Below, in pieces: positions 40,515 to 52,327 of a DNA stretch of 64,000 nucleotides. A program made the translations under genes and the position numbers. Under the pieces are notes generated by a model. That model was not told where the DNA came from. It worked only from the letters and a program-made list of their open reading frames with translations, and ran no database searches. The stretch lies in the NCBI GenBank assembly GCA_030295235.1, contig AP026127.1, positions 1 to 64,000 on the forward strand, given 5' to 3'. The stretch comes from Fistulifera solaris. Its lineage: Eukaryota. Numbering within the stretch: position 1 is the first letter of the stretch; every line of letters begins with the position of its first letter.

Positions 40515-42478
40515 TTATATCAGTGATAAACAGATTGTCATCCAGGCGATGATAAACACAGAAAAAACTGCCCTACTAGCCGAGGATGAAGACGGCGATT
40601 GTTGCAGTTGCGCATCGCGACGAGCCACCGACGCCACTGGGCTGCTGGTTGGTTGCGGAGTGGGAATGAGCGTCGGTGCCGCGGTGGGGCTGGCAGTCGG
40701 TGTGGGACTTGGAACCAGCGTCGGAGCCGTGGTGGGCGCTGCCGTTGGAACTGCCGTTGGACCGGCGGTTGGGGCGTTCGTGGGCAACACGGTGGGTGGA
40801 CTACTGGCAGTTATCGATGGCGCCCCGTCGGTTCCAGACTTTCTGGAACAATGGGACTTCCACTGGGAGCCACCGTTGTCGAGGGAGCGGCCGACGGCGA
40901 TCCCGCCAGGGAAGGTGCGGTAGATGGCAGAATGGACGGAGAGAATGTGGAAGACGGAGCAGGAGAGATCGATGGAGCGATCGACGGCGGCGAAGACAAG
41001 GATGGCGCGGCAGTGGACGTCGGTGGTAAGGTTGGAAGCACAGTTGTATTATCCGCCGCCGAAGGTGGCGCTGAGTCCAATGATGTTACGCTCAATGTGG
41101 GACTACTCGAGCTCGCTGCCTGTGTGGCGTTTCCTATCGACGGTTGCAATGTTTCCGTTCCGCTTCCCGTGGGTGCCGCGGATGAGTTCGACGCTGAAAT
41201 GATTGTAGGTGAAGCGCTTATCACAGACCCATCGATCGAGGGAGCCAAGCTGACACTACTATTATTACCCGCTGGTGCACTGGAAGTCGTCGGTGCCATT
41301 GTCGGAACACCCGGTGTGGTGGTCGTCTGACTCGATGGTACCGTCGTCGTTCCGGTGGTCGGCATGAGTGTGAAAAGAGGCGTCGATTCGGTGGGCCGGG
41401 TGGTGACCGTGGGTCGGACCGTCGGAGCATCCAACAGGGTAGGTTGCAACGTTGGGGTAATAGCAGGTCGCACCGTGGGAGCGGTATTTCGTAACGTCGG
41501 TTGCGATGTTTGACCATCCAACACCGGTCGCAATGTCGGGGCATCCCCGATGGAAGGCGCAAACGTAAACAGCGGCAAGGATTCCGTCGGAGCCACCGAA
41601 TCGCCTGGTCTTAAAGTCGGCATGGGCGTTCCGACAATCTGAGAAGACGGTTCTGGACTCGGGCCTGGAGAGGCGCCTCCCGAAGGCGTTACGGTCGGTG
41701 CCGGTGATACATTCGGCGACCGTGTACCAAAGACAGATAGAAAAATTTCACTGTAATCTTGGGCATTGTCGGGGTCGGTTTCCAGATTATAAAGAGGTTG
41801 GAATGGATCCGTGTCTTCGGTAGATTCGTCGGGTTTATCGTCGGGTTGAAATAAATTTAGATATTGTTTCTCCGAGGCATCGTCTCCGAAAATTGGTAAA
41901 AAGGCTTGCGGCCGGTCGACAATCGAACCATTTTCTTGACTTGTATCGATTGTGGTTATTTCTTCATCTTCCATTTCGCTGACAACAACGGGTGAATCCA
42001 AAAAATCAAAAGAGACTTGATCTCCATCATCAAGATCTGAAGTTTCTTTAGAAAATAAGCCCTCCTCTTCTGCCTCGTTTTCTTCCGTAGCAATCTCGTC
42101 TCCTCTTCCGATTCCGGAGAAAATAGCAAACCCTTTTGGAAAGAAACCCACATTCGAATTGTTTTCGTCCTCCTCGCTCAATTGCACAAGACCATCTCTC
42201 GAGGATATTGTATTGTCGTCTTCGTCGTGCAATAATTCCGTCGGTAACAGTGCTTTGTGTCGAGTAATCAGTGTTCGCTGTACGTTGCTATCACTTTGGC
42301 CACGAAAGGAAGCGAGTAGAGTTGCATCATGTCGGTTGGCTGCAATTTGCTTTGCTGAAGATTGATCATTCTTGTTGCCGAGGAAGAATTCTTCTCGTCG
42401 TCGCACATGACTTATAAGCAATTGTAATGCGAATGCATTTATTAGGAGAAGCGCGAGGGCGTGTATTGTCTTTTTCAT
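40515..42478 (-). CDS. Mucin-like P/T/S-rich surface protein with acidic N-terminal region and C-terminal GPI/TM signal
   Basis: N-terminal hydrophobic segment, RTL motif, D/E-rich stretch, PTxxP/APS repeats, and tail SSASRAVFSVFIIAWMTICLSLI. Frameshift in a C/G-run at about 40823. Confidence 0.8.
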
Positions 42479-43018
42479 TATAATGCTCTAGAAGTTTGTC
42501 GTGTGTTTCATTGCTTTGCAGAAGTAACATGACAGTTTCATCAAACGTCGAGTGTTTGTTGTTTGTTTTGATTGTCTTGCTAGTCGCAGCCTCGTGCTTT
42601 TTTTTCGTTTGGTCTCCCTCCAATTAGGCCACAGGTGGCTGGAATTTTCCGTTGATGATAAGTACTTAGGCAAGGTTGGCGTAATTTCAAACGTGGTTCG
42701 ACAAAATTTTACATAACAACGTGAGCCAGCATCTCATTTTTCCGTAAGTAACCAAGACAAGTTTCTGTTGAAAATTAGTAATCTACATTCTAGCCATATA
42801 GTGCTGACGAAATTAGGGCACGTGCGTGACATAAAAGTTTCAAACGCGCACATTTTCTTTCCAACGAACATTCGAATGACATCGCCTCGTTCTATGCATC
42901 AAGTGAAACAAAACCGCCCGTAACGACCTTATTAGCTCATCAAATTGAATTCGAAAGTGTTCAGATATGAAAACAAAGTGACTCGCTAGCGGTTCGGCAA
43001 AACGTTAAGACGAACAGC

Positions 43019-43237
43019 ATGCCATCGCAACCGGAGGACGAACGTCGATGTCAAAAGTACGCGTGTGCCTTGCAGGATTGTTTAGCAAAGCAGCGTCACA
43101 TTGCGAACGATCTTGTTGAAGTTTGCCACGTACATTTCGAGATACTTCAGCGTTGTATGGAGAATTCCGCTCGACGAATAATGAAACGATCCAAAATAAC
43201 TCGTGAGTCAATCTGGAAGGTGATCCCCAAACAATGA
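43019..43237 (+). CDS. Twin Cx9C protein, CMC4/MTCP1-like (mitochondrial intermembrane space)
   Basis: CQKYACALQDCL (C-x4-C-x4-C) followed by a second C-x9-C (CHVHFEILQRC); 72 aa. Confidence 0.55.
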   Translation: MPSQPEDERRCQKYACALQDCLAKQRHIANDLVEVCHVHFEILQRCMENSARRIMKRSKITRESIWKVIPKQ

Positions 43238-43749
43238 TTTTTCCTGTCGATTGAGTAGCGGTTGCTAGAGAAGTATTGCAAATTGAACGAATAGTTTGTA
43301 TTTCCGATCATGACGAGTGAGAAGCATGTAAGAAGACGGCTTGTTCCGATTGTTGACTTGCACGAAATGAAATAAATGACGAGGATTGATTTTCAAAGCT
43401 ATAGGTTCAGAGTCGTTCATGCACAATAGCTTCCCTTCGTTATATCGTCTTGTTAGCTCTGTGTCTTAATAACCAAGATGCGATGAATATGCTTAGCTGC
43501 ATTGGCGACGCAAGCCTCGCTGCGATACGGCGACAATAATAGAGGCATCGTCGCTCACACCGTCGTCTTTCTTTCCAGGTAAAAGCCTTAACACTAAGCA
43601 TGGCTCTACAAGATCTTTTGATGACTTTTTTTATATAATATTAGTCTATTGCGATGAAAAGAACAAAAAAAATTTTCGCTGTTAATCCTCTCATTTGTTT
43701 CGCATGCTTGCAAATTATCTGGCAATAAGCATTCGTAACATCGAGAGCG

Positions 43750-46700
43750 ATGTCGCTACATTTTCAAAGGAAGATCGGCGCGGCGGCGGACGTCAAAGAA
43801 CTCGAATACATTATTGCGTTGCATCAAACCAATCCACGCGAAACGGCAACAATTAGCTCGATCGATGTCCATCGTTTCTTGCAAAGTCGTTATGCGTTAT
43901 CGCCCAAAGCAGTCTCGCAGAGTCAAATAGCCGAGTTATTACGTTCGCTGGGAGGTTGTGATGATTCATCAACGACGACAGAAGCGAATAAAAAAATACA
44001 TCAGCCGCAATTGCAAAGTAGCGTTTCCCTCTCTCCTAATCTCGCAGAATCCTCCATTCATGCTCCAGACGACAATGAGAGTGTCAAAGAGGAGAAACAA
44101 ATTGTCGGTGAATCCGACGAAAATGATATTACAGAAGGAGACGAAAAGGTATTAGCAAACCAAATAGAAAGCAACTCCGATGAAGTTGCGGCATGTCATC
44201 GTGACGAAAAGATGAATGAGACTGCTACAAAACAAACCGTCGTGCAAAACTATCAACAGAATATTGCTCATTGTCAGCTTGAGTAAGTGCGTTTGCATCT
44301 TCTATGGCGATCCGAACGATAGTAGGTCTCACTCAATCTGGTTCTGCGTTGATGATGTTTCAGTCTGGTGCAGATCGTTTCCCTTCTTCTTATTCCGACA
44401 TTTGCCGCGGCTTCCAGAATACAACGAGAGGGGCCGAAACCCATACAACTTCCGCCTCCTCGGGGAGATGGCTGGTCCGATCAATTGTTAAAGCTTATCG
44501 ACCGTATTCGAGCGATTCCCATCCGATCCATGTATGCAGCTTACGAAAGTACGCTGCCAAATGTCCATTTCATGGCAGAGAAATGGAGGTTGCTTGTCAC
44601 CGGTGATGAGAATCGTTATTTGGAAATTAGGGAAGAGACGGTGCGTCGATTGCTCCTTCGACACGGAGAAGAGTTTCGAGCGAATGATCCGGTTTTAGTG
44701 AAAGAAATGGTAGAAATGGCCCAGCAATGCGATTCTGGTCGATTGGATGCCGAAACTTGGTTGCACGATCTGTCTGCTGATCTGGTTGAATGGAATGTAG
44801 ACAGTGAAACTGACCTGTCGTCATTCTTTCAAGATGTATTTGGCGGAAGCGATCCAGGGGAGGTATTCGTAATGGATCGAAATTCAGATGTCGAAGAAGC
44901 GGGGCAATCGAAGAAAGAAATTTTTATAGAACCACATTCCGCCTTTTCAATCTGCAGCAAGAAAAAGAAAAGATGTACAAGTTTTCCGGCCCGAGAGAAC
45001 CAACATTGATCTTGTCGTCGATACGCATGCTTCATCGTTTGCTGTTGTTTTGGTGTGGCTCTTTTATCTTTTCGGGTAAGTTGTTTTGTTTGTTTTCTCA
45101 TTCATTATCAGCATCAAATAATCTGACAATTTCTTTCCTCAAACATTGACAGCTTTATTGTATAGTAAGTCGACTTCTTTCGGAAGCCTGTTACGAGAAT
45201 GTACTTTGCCCACATAGTCCTAATCATGTTTTCCGCAGTGGGACCCTGCTTGTTTTAAAAATTTATAGCGCCAACTGGTGCGATCTGTCAAAGTTTTCAT
45301 GCCAAGTATCGTCTACAGTTGTCACATGGTACGTTCTTCCGAATTCAGATGTCATTTGAATATGGGACACGTGAAACTTACGCCTGTACAGGGCGCTTCT
45401 CGCCGTCTTATTGTCAGTGGCTGGTGTATTTGTTATAGCGCCCATGAGCTATGGCAATAATCCATACAGATCGAACATCTTTCGAACCATTTCCTCTGTG
45501 ACGTTTTCAGCAGTCTATGGATGGTACGTGAGACAAAGAGCGGATGAGTGCTCAAGTTCTGTCGACAATCATCTTACACTGTTTGCGGCAAAGTATACCA
45601 CTCATCGTTGTTCGCACTTATGAAGATTACGACAAAGACATGCGAAAGATTGTAGAGGGGGATGCTTTTGCGGCGGGACAAGCGATAACACTGGCGATTT
45701 GCGCAATTCTGGTTGCTATGTACGTGTCGAACTTGCTTTTATCGTGGATACGGTCCATTGTTTCGGTCAAATTTCGTGCTGTAAGATATTTCCTTTCAAC
45801 ATCCAACGTGAGAGGAGAGCTTTGCTTGAAGTACGCAGCATCGCGAAAGATGAATAAAATGATCGAAAATGCACGTTTGCTGCACCGCCGCCACCAGAGA
45901 AACTCGAAGGTAGCTGATGAAGGACGAAAATCATCCCAACGCGATGCCTTTCGTAGCTTTTTGGGACAAATAGAGCGGTATGAGTCTTGTGGCGGGTTCT
46001 TCTGGACGTGGAAGCGAGTTTTCAACGGAGATCTTTTGAGTACGGAGGGCGTGTGGATAAACACAAGGTTAATCATCATGCAGGTTGCTCAGGTTGTCGT
46101 GGGGGTCTTTTTCGCCGTTGCAGCTCTTCTTTTCGTTATAACAGTAGCCGACGAAGCGGAGGAAGCGAGAGCGAGCTTACCTGCCGATACGCCAAACTGG
46201 GTGGTTGATCTGTTCCCTACAGGTGCAATGATCAAGCGGTCTTTCTACCCTTCAGCTGTGTTGGCAATGGTGGCTGAGCTGTTCTTGATCCTAATTTATA
46301 TCCCGAGGTACTACTGAACTCGTTCGCCCACTGCAACAACAATTGTTTTGTGCCACAGTATCTGACTTAAAGACTCCACCAGCGCAACGACGACTGTGTT
46401 GAAGTATCGGAGCCAGGTGCTACCTTCGTTTCGGTCGACGTATTTTCACAAGTAAGTAATCTCTTTAAATGAGGCCCTTTAGTGAAGTGTATCTTCGACC
46501 CACATCTCACATTGTGCTCCTTGATGATAAGGTATCGCGGCGGAGTCGACTCGGTAAGTAATCTTAGCAATTGACGCATCGTGCTGTTGATCTTCTAGGA
46601 TAAAAGCGCTCTCACTTAAAACGTTGCGTAGGTGTACACTAACGCGGCAAACGGTGTGTGGTGCATGATTGGATCTGCCACATTGATCTTTTGTAAGTCT

Positions 46701-47518
46701 GATCACTTGTCGACTACACATAAACACCCCGTGCACACCTCATTATCGCAACTTTCGACTTCCCAGTTATTTTTGGTATCCTTCTCTTCCTTTTCCAGTG
46801 GCCTTATTCGCAAAAAGTCATGTTGCTTATTCTAGGATGGTCGATTGGCCTCTCGGTCACCATAGCGCTAAAGATGCTGCTCACCATGGGATTTCGAAGC
46901 TTTCAATATCGTTCTTTCTTCCGTATCCGACCCGGTGCAGCGCGTGTGAGCTCGTTGGCTCTAGAGTGTTGGTATTTCGGTCTCGCTTCTTCGACGGCAC
47001 TTTGTCGGGTATTGCAGTTTTTGCTGGCAGCAGCATTGTGGGTGGGTCGCATCGATGTTAACTTTCTAGCCGAAGATGTGAACTTTTTGGGTTATGGTTT
47101 CGATTACGTGCCGTCCAACTTTGTGAAGGATTTGTTGGTGCATGAAGCCCATCGACATCCCTATATGGAACGTTTAGCACAGATGTATTTGATGAAATTG
47201 AAGCACCCCGACACGTTTGGTACACGCGCAGGAGCCGCGTGGCGTCAACTGGCCGTAGTAGCTCTCTTCCCATGGATGACTCAATATCGTGTGCTGGACA
47301 ACCAAATGGATCGAAATGAAGACGATGCTATTTCTCTAGACTCTGATCGTGACGAACCGCTGGACCTATACGAAGCAACACAACAAAGGCTGCAACTGGC
47401 CGTCGACACCGTGCTCCAACAAGATCCTCGTGAAGTCATGTTCAAGGGAGCCGATCACGTCCAAGAAATGGTGGACAAAGTAGAACATCGCTTGGTGGGT
47501 GCACGTATGGAGCTATAG
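43750..47518 (+). CDS. Multi-exon multi-pass membrane protein of unknown function
   Basis: Co-oriented ORF segments separated by many short GT-AG introns (for example about 44284-44362). Numerous TM helices. C-terminal DLLVHEAHRHPYMERLAQMYLMKL...AGAAWRQL. Exon boundaries between 45.0 and 46.8 kb are uncertain. Confidence 0.7.
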
Positions 47519-47663
47519 TGATGACTTTCTCTTAAATGAAACCATTGGATAATAATTTTTTAAATTCACAATGAGCCGAGCTCCTACACAAAAGTATACT
47601 TGTTAACACAAATGCGTCTTCTAGACAAAAGGGCACGGTCTTGTATACCGAAAAGAGTGCAAT

Positions 47664-49284
47664 CTAAGCATCACCAGCTAATGTCGTGTGCTTTTTAGTG
47701 GCTCGAGGCGCTTGCTTCGTTCGTTTGCGCTTTGAATGACTGGTCGATTGAGGAGAAGTGCGTGCAACTGTAACATTATTTCCACCCGCAACATCTGGAC
47801 TTGGACCTTTCATAAAGTCGCAGAGCAAATCCGTATGATGTGACAACAATGTGGCAATGAGTGGAAACTGGGCAGAAGCGAATCCCATCAATGTGGATGC
47901 TACAAGAAAAGGTCGCACTGTGTTTGACTCTTTCCGGAAATCCAACGAATCCTGATAAAAGAAATTCCGGAAATACATGAGGAGCATCTTGTTCGAACCG
48001 TCGGTAATCAAGTTGCCGCAACTATCCAATACTCGAATGTTCGGATTGCGCTCCAACAAGCGTGTCAACGAAGGACACGAAGTTCGACCCCGAGAATCTT
48101 TTTCCACCGGATAATTAAAGACAAATAGATGACGAATACCTTCATGATCTTCCAGAGCTTTCACAATATTCGGAAGATGCTCCTCGACCCAGTACGCGGA
48201 GCTCAGATTCAAGCACGAAAGTTTCTGATTTGCTGTCACGGCCCGAATCAAAGCGTCGACGACAGGTACGACGCACTCCTTCGGATTAAAACCAAAGTCA
48301 CTGCAGCTTGTTCTTAAATTGAATTTTTCCATGTGACCGAGTATGGAAAGTCGATTCAAAAAGGCAATCAAAATTTCTTTCCACGGATCCCCCTTTCCGA
48401 TATACAAATCCACGCTGAGATCCTTGGTGGAGATCACCAACGAATCGAAATCGTTCGGCTGGAAATCCTTCACGCAAAACTTGTAATCCAACGCATTGAC
48501 TTTGGCGGATAAGGCCAGTCGATTGAACTTCGGATCAATACCAAGGGGAGAAAGCCGTTCGAATGTATTTTCCAACTGGAGAAGACGCTCCAAATTTTGA
48601 TCACCAAACGGTGATCCATAGAATTGCAGCGACCCAAAGGGCGACGTTCGTTGTTGCAAGGCATCGACAAAGGCAGTTCCTTCATCTTGCAATTCGAATT
48701 GCCCAAAGAACGTCATATGCAAAGGAAACGGGCGTGTCGCCAACACCGCCGACTGCGCCGGAGTCCACTCTCCCGTATACAGCTCGTACTTTCGCGTCGG
48801 ATTCGCATCCAAAATGCGTTGCAACTGCTCGGGCTGCAACGCCGTCAAATCAAAGGCGTGTTCCGTGTATTCCTCGTACTTGCCGTATTTCCCAATTTCC
48901 AATGTAGTGATTTTATCTTTCGGTTGCGGCAACGACCAGAACCATACGTTAACGTTTCCGCGATGGCCGCATCTGTTTTGCCAAAGACATTGCAATCGAG
49001 CATATACATGCCGGCGTTCATGATCGTGAAGGCCGCATTCTTGGCGAGAGTGGGAGCAAAGGGTTGATCCGTTAACAGACAATTGCGGACGACCAGCATC
49101 GTTTCGTTGTCCCGCCAAATCGCAATACGGGTCTTTTGGTACACCTTGATATCCTGGAGACGCTTCGGTTCGCGTTTGAGTGTATGAACGGGCACGGGCA
49201 GGCCGTCCCGGCCGATCGGTTGCAACTCCTTTGCAAGGGCGACAGATGTTCGTCCCAGATATGTTCGAATAAGCGACGTGCCAT
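47664..49284 (-). CDS. Hypothetical protein with RNI/LRR-like segments (lineage-expanded family)
   Basis: Start MARRLFEHIW. The motif GKTDAAIAET..FWSL and segments FVDALQQRTSPFGSL and NQKLSCLNL recall an expanded family I associate with Fistulifera. Frameshifts at about 49230 and 48950. Confidence 0.65.
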
Positions 49285-49811
49285 TGTGTCGATTCGCTGC
49301 GTCTTTTTCCCGAAATAAACTACTTTAGTATTAGTGTTATTCTTTTTTGAAAGATAGGTATTAAGGAAAAGAATAGAACTAAATAACAAGAATGATGATG
49401 AGTTCGATGATAATGATAACATAAATGACGCGATGAAAACAGCGACCAAAGACAACACTACTTGAAACGCTATACTATCTCTTTCTCAACATTCAAATGG
49501 TAGCTGTAAAATGACTCTTTGTCGTATCAGTATCGCCAATTTCCGGTGACAGAGTATACGGGACTGACAATTTGCTGAGTCTCGCAAAAATAAGGGCTTC
49601 TCTCATTATTTATTATCAGTCGAAAGGACGCTAATGGATCGACGAAGTAACCATGAATAAGGTTTGTAGCTTATTCGTACTTGTGCTTAATAAGTGACAT
49701 CTAACGTATCTCTAGTTAAACAACTCACATTTAAAGTTGGTTTCAAACAAGATTGCTTACTTAAAAACAAATCGATCGGCTTCATCAAACTGATATCGTT
49801 CCCTTCATTGA

Positions 49812-50308
49812 TCAATTGAAACGGCGAACTTGCGTAACACATACATTAGTCGCAAAACAATCTCCAATCACCGCGCAAACTTGACTAAAATATAAGAAAA
49901 TAATGAATCCGAGACAGAAGGGTGAGTTTGCCGTGTAAGAAACGTACTGGTCTATCATCAAACCGCAAGGCATTTTCTCATTTATATAAAGACACACTTA
50001 CTCTTCCGGGCAATCTCTGGATTTCGTGCAAAACTGTGCAGGCCCTTCCAACGGAGCAGCGCACACTTTACCTCCTCGGGTCGTCTCGACACAGGCCAAG
50101 CCACCGAAATCTCCGAGACAAGGATCGCCTTCACCATCGCAACTCTCCGTTTTGCTATTCCTATTGCAGTCATCCAGCACAGGTAAGCACAGAAAATTGG
50201 AAAAAGGACGTTGCGATCAAAAAAAGATCCGCGTTCATCAGCACCGGATCCGCCCGTGCAGGAGGCAGAAAGGAAGAACAACACAACAGGGAGGGAATCG
50301 AGATTCAT
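49812..50308 (-). CDS. Small secreted 11-Cys peptide, paralog C (2 exons)
   Basis: Signal-like N-terminus. Restoring one T in a homopolymer at about 50201-50205 gives LFSNFLCLPVLDDCNRNSK. Intron 49885-50001. C-terminus DCPEDQVCAVIGDCFATNVCVTQVRRFN*. Confidence 0.8.
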
Positions 50309-51067
50309 AGAGCGGGAAGGAGGGTATTAATGAGCACAGAAAAGTGTAGCGTAGACAAGACGCAAATAGTGGAGCCTATTATTCGTTTATTGAAATTGGT
50401 GATACAGAGGGGGTGTCTTGGGTGAAGATTGCGAAAAGAGTTTTTTGCAAAGGAGTTCGTCGCATTTTTTTATCGCAATCAAAAGCTCTCTCAACTCTCG
50501 ACTGGAATTCAGTCATGAGAAAACAGTTCCGGCGTTTGAATAACAAGAACGAAGCTACTGCGAGAGTTCCGGGCACGTTTTTGAGGTTATTATAATAATA
50601 AACAATGCCAATGTCGTTAAATCAAAACAATCAAATAATGAATATAGGTTTAGAGTGACAAATTCTGTCCCATGGCCTGGTCATCAATAACACTATACAA
50701 TAGACTGATGATGACGTTGGTGCTGAAATTCACACAAAAATTGTCGCTGCCTAACTACAAAACAGACTCTCTTATTGTTGCGAAAATCTTCGTCATGAAT
50801 TCGTTTTCCGTGTCTTTGGATCTAGTGTAAGTATGAAGCACAGTGGACAAGCGCAGTACGTTAACGAATGAGCCTTGTATTCCCAGTCGGGATTCAAAGC
50901 GACAACGAATGACAAAAGCACTTAGCTTCATTTCCAGTCCAATACCTCTCAAGAAATCAAAAGGTCATGGTAAAGTCTCCTGCTTTCTGAGTCAATCTGC
51001 TCATCAAATCCGGGCATTGGCGAACCAAAGAAGACATCCGCAAAATTCATCCAACTCATTTTTCACA

Positions 51068-51682
51068 TCATTCCTCCTGTAGATTGAGACCAATCACTCC
51101 CACTGTGATCATTGCTAAGCAAACCATTTGTTGTGCACCTATGGGCTCTTGAAACCAAGCCGCGCCGATTAGAGTCACAACCAGTGTCCCGAGTGCCGTC
51201 CATACCGTATACGCGAGACTGACTGGAAGGCGTGTCATGGAAATATTAATGCCGTACATGCTGAATGTGCAATAGAAGAGAAACAAAGAGATTGTGATTT
51301 AGATACGCGATTGATCAACCCGTAACTCTTTCAGCTTTCGCGTGCATTCGGCGTACCTAATAAGATTCAATGAACACGCGAGGAAAAAGAGGGGCGTTGA
51401 TTCCTGATCGCGTGCTAGCTTTGAAACCGTCGTATCTAGGCATTCTAACAAAATCGACATAATCAGAAAGATCCAGCAAGTCGTTACAGATCGCTTTGCG
51501 CTTGGCAGAGAGCCACCCTGCAGAGATGTGGCTGCTGCTGCAGCTGGAGCTTGTTGTGTTTCTCGCGACACTTTACGAAGACTCAGGCTCCTCGTAATTT
51601 TGCCAGCTTTAACATCCTGTAACGACCATGCAGTTGTGATAAACGACAGCACAAGGACGGTTAGGCTATATACCTTCTTCAT
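51068..51682 (-). CDS. SMR-family (EmrE/QacE-like) small multidrug transporter with N-terminal targeting extension
   Basis: WIFLIMSILLECLDTTVSK carries the membrane Glu equivalent to EmrE E14. Also LPVSLAYTVWTALG, FQEP and GVIGLNL. Intron 51261-51356. Signal peptide plus basic/Ser-rich extension. Confidence 0.82.
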
Positions 51683-51804
51683 AATTGTTTTGTCGATCCA
51701 TCAGGGGACCTTTTTTATAACAGGTAAGGTACCGGTACCAGGTACGTAGTAGATAATAAACAACGCAAATAAAATATAAACTCGTCCGCCGCCATGCGCC
51801 CATC

Positions 51805-51904
51805 GGTGATGGGTGCGATGGGTGATGGTTGATGGTGATGAGTGATGATTGATGATTGATGATTGATGATGGGTGATGGGTAATGGGAAATGGTTGATGG
51901 TTGA
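51805..51904. repeat. Low-complexity GAT/GGT-rich simple repeat in the divergent SMR/PYC intergenic region
   Basis: Reiterated (tgatgat)n and gatgggt units. Confidence 0.7.
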
Positions 51905-52327
51905 CAGTTACTGCTACAGTAATCTAATAGGGTACTGGTACCGTACGGTTCCCATCGATTAAAAGATAAGACACTAATCTGTTGTAGAGGCTCCGTGTTC
52001 TTCTTGTCGGACGTTTCACACTAGGCAATATTGTAGACAACTCATGACTCACATTTTGCGGGACCGAAGGATCGCATCGAAGCATCGCGTCAGTGACGTG
52101 TCACACGTCCACTGTCGATGTTAAAGTACAGGAAAGATACCTCGGCATCCAAAAAACCATTCCGCGTGTCCGACGAAAACGATCTTTTGCCATCAAAGCG
52201 AAAAAGGCTGCTCGTCACCGATGTCTATCTTTATTCCTTCTCTTTCACAAGGAGCTGCATACCTTTCTTGCTTGTTATCGAGGCAAGAGAAAATTTTATA
52301 GAAGAAGCAAGAACAAAACGTAGCATC

